Assembly (NCBI GenBank): GCA_031364845.1
Contig: JANLWX010000024.1
Span: forward strand, 1-20,712
DNA length: 20,712 nucleotides
Origin: Candidatus Eiseniibacteriota bacterium
Lineage (GTDB): Bacteria; Eisenbacteria; RBG-16-71-46
Direction: 5' to 3'
Shown here: positions 15,217 to 20,712 of the stretch, piece by piece
Position numbering within the stretch: the first letter of the stretch is position 1
Layout of the letters: every line of letters starts with the position of its first letter
Made by a program: the position numbers and the translations under genes
The notes under the pieces: model-generated
Told to the model about the DNA's origin: nothing
The model's database searches: none
The model's input: the letters and a program-made list of their open reading frames with translations, nothing else

Positions 15217-17688
15217 ATGCCGGTCGCCGCGTCGTTCCTTCCGGCCACGGTGATCGCCTCGACCACGATCCCGCCCTACTTCGTGCAGGTGGCGGCACTG
15301 CTTGTCGCCGCGGCCGCGATCGCCTATCTCGCCTACCGGGTCGGGTTGGTGCCGATCGTCGGATTCCTCATCGCGGGCGTGCTGATCGGCCCCTACGGAA
15401 TCGGGATCGTCCGCGATCGCGCGATGGTCGATGCGGCGGCCGAGATCGGCGTGGTGCTGCTGCTGTTCACGATCGGCATCGAGTTCTCGCTCGAGAAGCT
15501 CGCGCGCATCCAGCGCCTGATCTTCATGGGCGGCGGCCTGCAGGTGGGGCTCGCCACCATCGGGACGATGCTGGTGCTGCTGCCGTTCGGAGTCGAGTGG
15601 CGCGCGGCGCTGTTCACGGGATTGCTGGTCGCGCTCAGTTCCACGGCGATCGTGCTCAAACTGCTCGGCACGCGCGGCGAGACCAACTCGGCTCACGGCC
15701 AGGTCGGCCTCGGGCTTCTCATCTTCCAGGATCTCGCGATCATTCTGATGGTGATGCTGGTGCCGGCCCTCGCGGGGCGCGGCAGCGGAGCGTGGGACAT
15801 CGTGATCGCGCTCGCGAAGGCGGCGGCGATCATCGCGATCGTGTTGCTGGTCGCGCGGCGCATCATGCCGCACGTGCTCGAATCGGTGGCGCGGGCGTGC
15901 TCGCCCGAGATCTTCCTGCTCACCGTGATCGCGCTGTGTTTCGGAACGGCGTATCTCACGAACCTCGCCGGCGTGAGCCTGTCGCTCGGCGCGTTCCTCG
16001 CGGGCCTGCTGGTGAGCGAGAGCCGCTTCAGCTCCTACGCGCTCGGAGAGATCCTGCCGCTCCAGGTGCTGTTCAGCGCCACGTTCTTCGTCTCGGTCGG
16101 CATGCTGCTCGATCTGGGATTCCTCGTGTCGCATCTGCCGCTCGTGATCGGGGCGATCGCGATCGTGCTGGTGGTGAAGGTGGCGACCACCGCGGCGAGC
16201 GTGCGCGCACTCGGTCATCCGCTGCCGGTCGCGACGGCGGCGGCGCTGATGCTGGCTCAGGTCGGCGAGTTCTCGTTCGTGCTCGAACGCACCGGCCGCC
16301 CATTGGGACTCACGCCGGCCGGTCTCGGCGAGAGCGGCTCGCAGACCTTCATCGCGGCGACGGTCGTGCTGATGGTGGCAACACCGTTCCTCACTGCGTT
16401 CGGCGCGCGCTCGGCGGAGAAGATCGAGCGCAAGCTCGCGGTCGCGGGCCATGCGCCCGCCGAGCCCGAGGACTTGCAGGCGGCGAGCGACCTTCCGGAA
16501 TTCGAGAATCACGTGATCGTCGCCGGCTATGGTGAAGCGGCACGTAGACTTACGCGTGTGCTCCACGGCTCGGGTGTGCCGTTCCTCGTGACCACGCTGA
16601 GCCCCGGCGGAGCGCTCGAGGCGGAGGCCGACGGGCTGCCGGTGCTGCGCGGCGATTCGACGCGGCAGCGCACGCTGATGCTGGCGGGCATCGAGCGCGC
16701 GAAGATGCTGGTGATTCCGGATGACGACCCGGAGACGGCGCATCGCATCGCGCAGCTCGCGCGCTCGATCGCTCCCACGGTGCGCATCGTGGTGCGCACG
16801 CGACGCATGGCCGAAGTCGGGCCGCTGGCGGAGGAAGGCGTGGACCTCGTCGTGGCTGAAGAGCTGGAAGGCATCATCACGCTGTTCCGTGAAGTGCTGA
16901 AGGATTTCCAGATTCCGCCCGCGGAGATCGCCGCGCACGAGGACACGGTGCGCCGCGGTGGTTACGCGGTGCTGCGCGGCGCGATCGCCGACGGCCCGGT
17001 CGTTCACTGCGATCTGGATCAGCACTGCTTCGACTCGCGCACCATCGTGATCCACCCGGGTGCCGCCGCGGCGGGCCGTCCGCTGGAAGCGCTCGGGCTC
17101 GAAGCGCTTGGAATTCGCGCAGCCCGCTGGCGGCGCGGGAGCGAACGCATCGAAGGTCCGCCGCCCGCCACCATGCTGCGCGCGGGGGACGAGCTGGTGC
17201 TGGAAGGCGCTGCGAGCGCGTTCGCGCAGACCTCGTCGTGGTTTCGCAGCGGATCGAACGGAACGGCGGTGGTCGAAGCTCCGGCGGTCGCGGCCATCGC
17301 AACCGGTGTTGCGCGCCCGGCGCCCGTCGCGGAGCCCGCCGTGCATCGCGACGATGCGAAGGTGATGTCCAGCTCACAGCGTTCGGGGGTCGACATGGAA
17401 ACCACGATCCGATTCGTTCCCAAAGTCGGTCCCGAAGCCTGTGCGCACCTCGACATGATCCGCCCGGTGCGGCCCGCCGCGCGCGGGTGCGAAGAGTGCC
17501 TCCTGCTCGGAGACACGTGGGTGCACTTGCGCGTGTGTCTGACCTGCGGACACGTCGGCTGCTGCGACTCGTCGCCGAACCGCCACGCGCGCGCACACTG
17601 GCGCAAGTCCAGCCATCCGCTCATGCGCTCGCTCGAGCCGGGTGAAACGTGGGGCTGGTGTTTCGTGGACGAAACGGCGATCGGATGA
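15217..17688 (+). CDS. CPA2 (Kef-type) cation:proton antiporter with TrkA-N and TrkA-C domains and a C-terminal UBP-type zinc finger
   Basis: AEIGVVLLLFTIGIEFS, ALSSTAIVLK, LIFQDL, LGAFLAG, FFVSVGM, LAQVGEFSFVL; TrkA-N NHVIVAGYG...GD; zinc finger CAHL...GCEECL...WVHLRVCLTCGHVGCCDSSPNRHARAH...WGWC. ATG is 2 nt after the upstream stop. Confidence 0.93.
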   Translation: MPVAASFLPATVIASTTIPPYFVQVAALLVAAAAIAYLAYRVGLVPIVGFLIAGVLIGPYGIGIVRDRAMVDAAAEIGVVLLLFTIGIEFSLEKLARIQRLIFMGGGLQVGLATIGTMLVLLPFGVEWRAALFTGLLVALSSTAIVLKLLGTRGETNSAHGQVGLGLLIFQDLAIILMVMLVPALAGRGSGAWDIVIALAKAAAIIAIVLLVARRIMPHVLESVARACSPEIFLLTVIALCFGTAYLTNLAGVSLSLGAFLAGLLVSESRFSSYALGEILPLQVLFSATFFVSVGMLLDLGFLVSHLPLVIGAIAIVLVVKVATTAASVRALGHPLPVATAAALMLAQVGEFSFVLERTGRPLGLTPAGLGESGSQTFIAATVVLMVATPFLTAFGARSAEKIERKLAVAGHAPAEPEDLQAASDLPEFENHVIVAGYGEAARRLTRVLHGSGVPFLVTTLSPGGALEAEADGLPVLRGDSTRQRTLMLAGIERAKMLVIPDDDPETAHRIAQLARSIAPTVRIVVRTRRMAEVGPLAEEGVDLVVAEELEGIITLFREVLKDFQIPPAEIAAHEDTVRRGGYAVLRGAIADGPVVHCDLDQHCFDSRTIVIHPGAAAAGRPLEALGLEALGIRAARWRRGSERIEGPPPATMLRAGDELVLEGAASAFAQTSSWFRSGSNGTAVVEAPAVAAIATGVARPAPVAEPAVHRDDAKVMSSSQRSGVDMETTIRFVPKVGPEACAHLDMIRPVRPAARGCEECLLLGDTWVHLRVCLTCGHVGCCDSSPNRHARAHWRKSSHPLMRSLEPGETWGWCFVDETAIG

Positions 17689-19121
17689 CCGTCGCCACGC
17701 TGGAAGAGCTGCGCCGGCTCAAGTTGTTCGCCGAACTTCCGGCCGAGCAGCTCGAATGGCTGGCCGCACATGGTGAGCGCCTGGAATACGCCGCGGGCGC
17801 GCGCCTGTACGAAGAGGACGACACCGCCGATGCGATGTACATCGTGCTCGAAGGCACGATCCAGACATATTTCGCTCTCGGCGGCCAGCAGATCCTCGTG
17901 ACCACGACCACGCCCGGAGGCGCCACCGGGCTGCTCCCGTTCTCGCGCATGACGCGGTACAACGTGCGCGGCGTGGCAGGGGCGCCGCTGACCGTGCTGC
18001 GCGTGGGCCGCGAGCGGTTCGGCGAGTTGACGCAGGTGAGCCCCGAACTCGCACAGCGCCTGGTTGCCCTCATGTCGGATCGCGTGCGCGAGGCGACGCG
18101 CATGCAGCAGCAGCGCGAGAAGATGTCGGCGCTCGGGACGCTCTCGGCCGGCCTCGCGCACGAGCTCAACAATCCCGCGGCCGCCGTGATGCGCGCGGCA
18201 TCGGCGCTGCGCGAACGCATGACGGTGCTGCCGGCGCTGACGTCACGGCTCGCGGCGCACGCACTGACGCCGGATCAGGTGTGTGCCGCCGACGCCTTGC
18301 GCGAGAAGGGCTCGCCCGCACGGGCGCCGACCGCGCTCGAACGCGCCGAACGCGAGGAGGCCGTGATCGAGTGGCTCGAAGCCCACGCAGTCGAAGACGC
18401 GTGGAAGCTCGCGCCCGCGTTCATCGAAGCCGAACTCGGCGTTCCCGAACTCGATCGGCTCGCGGGAGTACTTCCGGACGGAGCGCTCGGAGATGTGCTC
18501 GCGTGGCTCGCCGCCGGCCTCGACGCCGACCGTCTGCTGATCGAGATCGAGCATGCGTCGGAGCGCATCTCGGAGCTGGTCTCGTCGGTCAAGAGTTACT
18601 CGCACATGGATCGCGCCGTGGAGCGCGAGTCGACCGACGTGCATGCCGGTCTCGACAACACGCTCACCATGCTCGGCCACAAGGTGCGTAAGAAGTCCGC
18701 CCGCCTCGAACGCCACTACGATCCCGCGCTCCCGCACATCGCCGCATTCGGAGGCGATCTCAATCAAGTGTGGACCAACCTGCTCGACAATGCGCTCGAC
18801 GCGGTGTCGGAAGGCGGCCAGGTGCAGATCGCCACCGGCCGCGACGGCCGCGACATCTGGGTCAGGATCACGAACGAAGGCCCGGAGATCCCCAAGGAGA
18901 TCCGCTCGCGCATCTTCGAACCGTTCTTCACGACCAAAGGCGTGGGCGAAGGAACCGGCCTCGGACTCGACATGGTCGACCGCATCGTCCGGTTCCATCA
19001 GGGCCAGGTGACCGTGGATTCCGGCTCCGGCCGCACGTCGTTCACGGTGCGGCTGCCCATCGAAGCGCCGGCGCGGGCGGTGGATGCCGGAACCGGCGAT
19101 GCGGGGAAGGAGCCCGCGTGA
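17685..19121 (+). CDS. Cytoplasmic sensor histidine kinase with N-terminal cyclic-nucleotide-binding domain
   Basis: ATGA overlap with the upstream stop; LFAEL...AGARLYEE...MYIVLEG (cNMP fold); H box LSAGLAHELNNP; N box LNQVWTNLLDNA; IFEPFFTTKGVGEGTGLGL. Confidence 0.93.
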   Translation: MTVATLEELRRLKLFAELPAEQLEWLAAHGERLEYAAGARLYEEDDTADAMYIVLEGTIQTYFALGGQQILVTTTTPGGATGLLPFSRMTRYNVRGVAGAPLTVLRVGRERFGELTQVSPELAQRLVALMSDRVREATRMQQQREKMSALGTLSAGLAHELNNPAAAVMRAASALRERMTVLPALTSRLAAHALTPDQVCAADALREKGSPARAPTALERAEREEAVIEWLEAHAVEDAWKLAPAFIEAELGVPELDRLAGVLPDGALGDVLAWLAAGLDADRLLIEIEHASERISELVSSVKSYSHMDRAVERESTDVHAGLDNTLTMLGHKVRKKSARLERHYDPALPHIAAFGGDLNQVWTNLLDNALDAVSEGGQVQIATGRDGRDIWVRITNEGPEIPKEIRSRIFEPFFTTKGVGEGTGLGLDMVDRIVRFHQGQVTVDSGSGRTSFTVRLPIEAPARAVDAGTGDAGKEPA

Positions 19122-19606
19122 ATCACGAGTGGCTTCGCGACGGTTTCACCGTGAGCACCGATCCCGCCCGTCTCGATCTGCCGGTCATCCATGGGTTTCT
19201 CTCGACCTGCTACTGGGCAGAAGGCATTCCGCTGGAGATCGTGCGCCGGTCGATCGAGCATTCCCTGTGCTTCGGAGTCTATGCCGATGAGGGTTCCCGC
19301 GGTGTCGCCGCGCCCTCGGTGCCGCCCCGCGGCATACAGGTCGGCTTCGCGCGGGTCATCACCGACCGCGCGACCTTCGGATATCTCGGCGACGTGTTCG
19401 TGCTCGAGCCCTATCGCGGCCGCGGCCTGTCGAAGTTCATGATGGAATGCGTGAACGCTCATCCCGAGCTGCAAGGCTTCCGCCGCTGGGTGCTGCTGAC
19501 GCGCGACGCGCACCGGCTCTATGAAGGCTTCGGCTACTCGGCGATCGCAAAGCCCGACCGGTACATGGAACGCTGGACGCCGGATGTGTATGAGTGGCGC
19601 TCGTAG
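19118..19606 (+). CDS. GNAT family N-acetyltransferase
   Basis: GTGA overlap and AAGGAG RBS; VSTDPARLD...YWA...SLCFGVY...QVGFARVITD.ATFGYLGDVFVL..YRGRGLSK...L.TRDAH.LY..FG. Confidence 0.92.
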   Translation: MNHEWLRDGFTVSTDPARLDLPVIHGFLSTCYWAEGIPLEIVRRSIEHSLCFGVYADEGSRGVAAPSVPPRGIQVGFARVITDRATFGYLGDVFVLEPYRGRGLSKFMMECVNAHPELQGFRRWVLLTRDAHRLYEGFGYSAIAKPDRYMERWTPDVYEWRS

Positions 19607-19699
19607 CGTTGACCGGGTTCTTGTGCACGAGGCCGCGGCATGGCAACGCGCGACATTTCGTGGCACGAACGACTCGCCAGCGACGTGGTTAGCCCATGA

Positions 19700-20710
19700 T
19701 CACGACGCCGCAGCTTGAGATGGCGGGTTTTCCAAAGCGCTCGAACGACTCGCCGCCGTCGCCAGCTGGAGAGAATAGGTCCGGCCTCGCGAACCAATGA
19801 ACTTCAGCGCCGCATGAAGGCGCTCTTCGAGCGATGCCTCCGGATTGGCGCGACTGTGTTCGACGGCCATGCGCGCCCGGTCCGCGCGAACTCCGAGGCC
19901 TTTGAGGCAGTGCAGGAGATCGTCGTCGTCGCTTCTCTGCGCTTCAGCCCGCTCCTGCGCTTCTCCCGTGCGCGCTCTTGAGTCTCCGCACTCCGGTTGC
20001 ACGCACTCGACGTGCGTCGACTCTGCATCACATGAACCTGCCCCGGTCGTCGTGGCCGCACGCCGCTCCGCCGCGGCGAGGCGAGCGTTCTCGCGCTTGC
20101 GCCCCATGAAGCCGGCTCCGAACGTCTGCTCGGCCTCGTACAGGTTGTGTGCCCGGCACCGCAGCCGCAGGTTGTCGAGCGTGGCTTCGCCGCCGCGCGC
20201 GACTTCGAGGACATGATCGAATTCGAGGGACGAATGCTCGGGACAACGCGCACCGGCGTCGCTCACAAAGGTGCACTGTCCGCCGTCGCGCTCGTTCACG
20301 GCACGTTTCACGTGCGCGGGGACGTAGCGTGGGTTCGAAGACGACCGCGTCCGTGCGGGGCGAGGACGGTCGGTCGCCGCGAACTTCGTCTTTTCGAGCT
20401 TGTTGATGAGCGCATCAAGCGCCCGCTCGAGCACCTCCGGCAGGTCGCCGGAAGAGACCTGATGGCCGAGCAAAGATTGCGCGTAGCGAAGTTTGGTGAA
20501 CATCTCCTGGCGCATCGTGAACTGGACACGGAAGCGTTCGGGAGCGAGCGGGGTCACTCGGGGACGCGACACTTCAACTGGCCGTACGGCCACCTCGTGG
20601 GTCGATGCGCCGTGAGGACCGGAGTCCTGCAGCAGCTCGGGCGGCGTCGAAACCAGCGTGATCCGCGTCGGAGCATCGTTCTTTGGAAAGCGCTGCGCGA
20701 GCAGTGCTTC
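19700..20710 (-). CDS. HNH endonuclease-domain protein (DUF222-like family) with short C-terminal helical domain; 5' truncated by the window
   Basis: Frame is open to the window end (EALLAQRFPKND.PT...). Motifs RYVPAHVKRAVNERDGGQCTFV...RC...LEFDHV..VARGG..TLDNLRLRCRAHN. Confidence 0.88.
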   Translation of the reverse strand, partial: EALLAQRFPKNDAPTRITLVSTPPELLQDSGPHGASTHEVAVRPVEVSRPRVTPLAPERFRVQFTMRQEMFTKLRYAQSLLGHQVSSGDLPEVLERALDALINKLEKTKFAATDRPRPARTRSSSNPRYVPAHVKRAVNERDGGQCTFVSDAGARCPEHSSLEFDHVLEVARGGEATLDNLRLRCRAHNLYEAEQTFGAGFMGRKRENARLAAAERRAATTTGAGSCDAESTHVECVQPECGDSRARTGEAQERAEAQRSDDDDLLHCLKGLGVRADRARMAVEHSRANPEASLEERLHAALKFIGSRGRTYSLQLATAASRSSALENPPSQAAAS

Positions 20711-20712
20711 GA

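Noticed and set aside
14626..17346. Long minus-strand ORFs (906 aa here; also 1685-3313, 13373-14545, 17019-18161) and the + strand ORF 3271-4683
   Set aside because: Shadow frames of high-GC genes with no recognisable motifs; 3271-4683 also runs through the tRNA.
18868..18893. Kinase G1 box reads NEGPE rather than DxGxG, suggesting a pseudokinase
   Set aside because: H, N, F and G2 boxes are intact, and Asn variants of this box occur in other histidine kinases.

Overview
High-GC bacterial DNA; the many secreted proteins with a C-terminal FlgD-Ig/T9SS-like domain and the DUF222-like HNH gene suggest Ca. Eisenbacteria or a relative (inference). Left: 3' end of a probable M36-type secreted peptidase gene, then a copper radical oxidase gene with an extra kelch propeller inserted. 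Centre: tRNA-Leu(TAA) and a ~9 kb island bounded by a perfect 60-bp repeat of the tRNA 3' half (4378-4437 / 13372-13431). I recognise no integrase in it; its genes are all on the + strand and nearly all encode exported proteins. Inside are two nested modules flanked by diverged gene-fragment repeats. One (1863-bp period) has an attP-like tRNA-Arg(CCT) half-gene at its centre. The other (2358-bp period) is bounded by a perfect 32-bp repeat and carries a recoded replacement 5' end for the gene it interrupts. Right: a coupled operon of receiver/TrxB-like flavoprotein, Kef-type antiporter fused to a UBP zinc finger, cNMP-domain histidine kinase and GNAT, then a convergent partial HNH gene. All calls come from reading motifs by eye; no searches were run.
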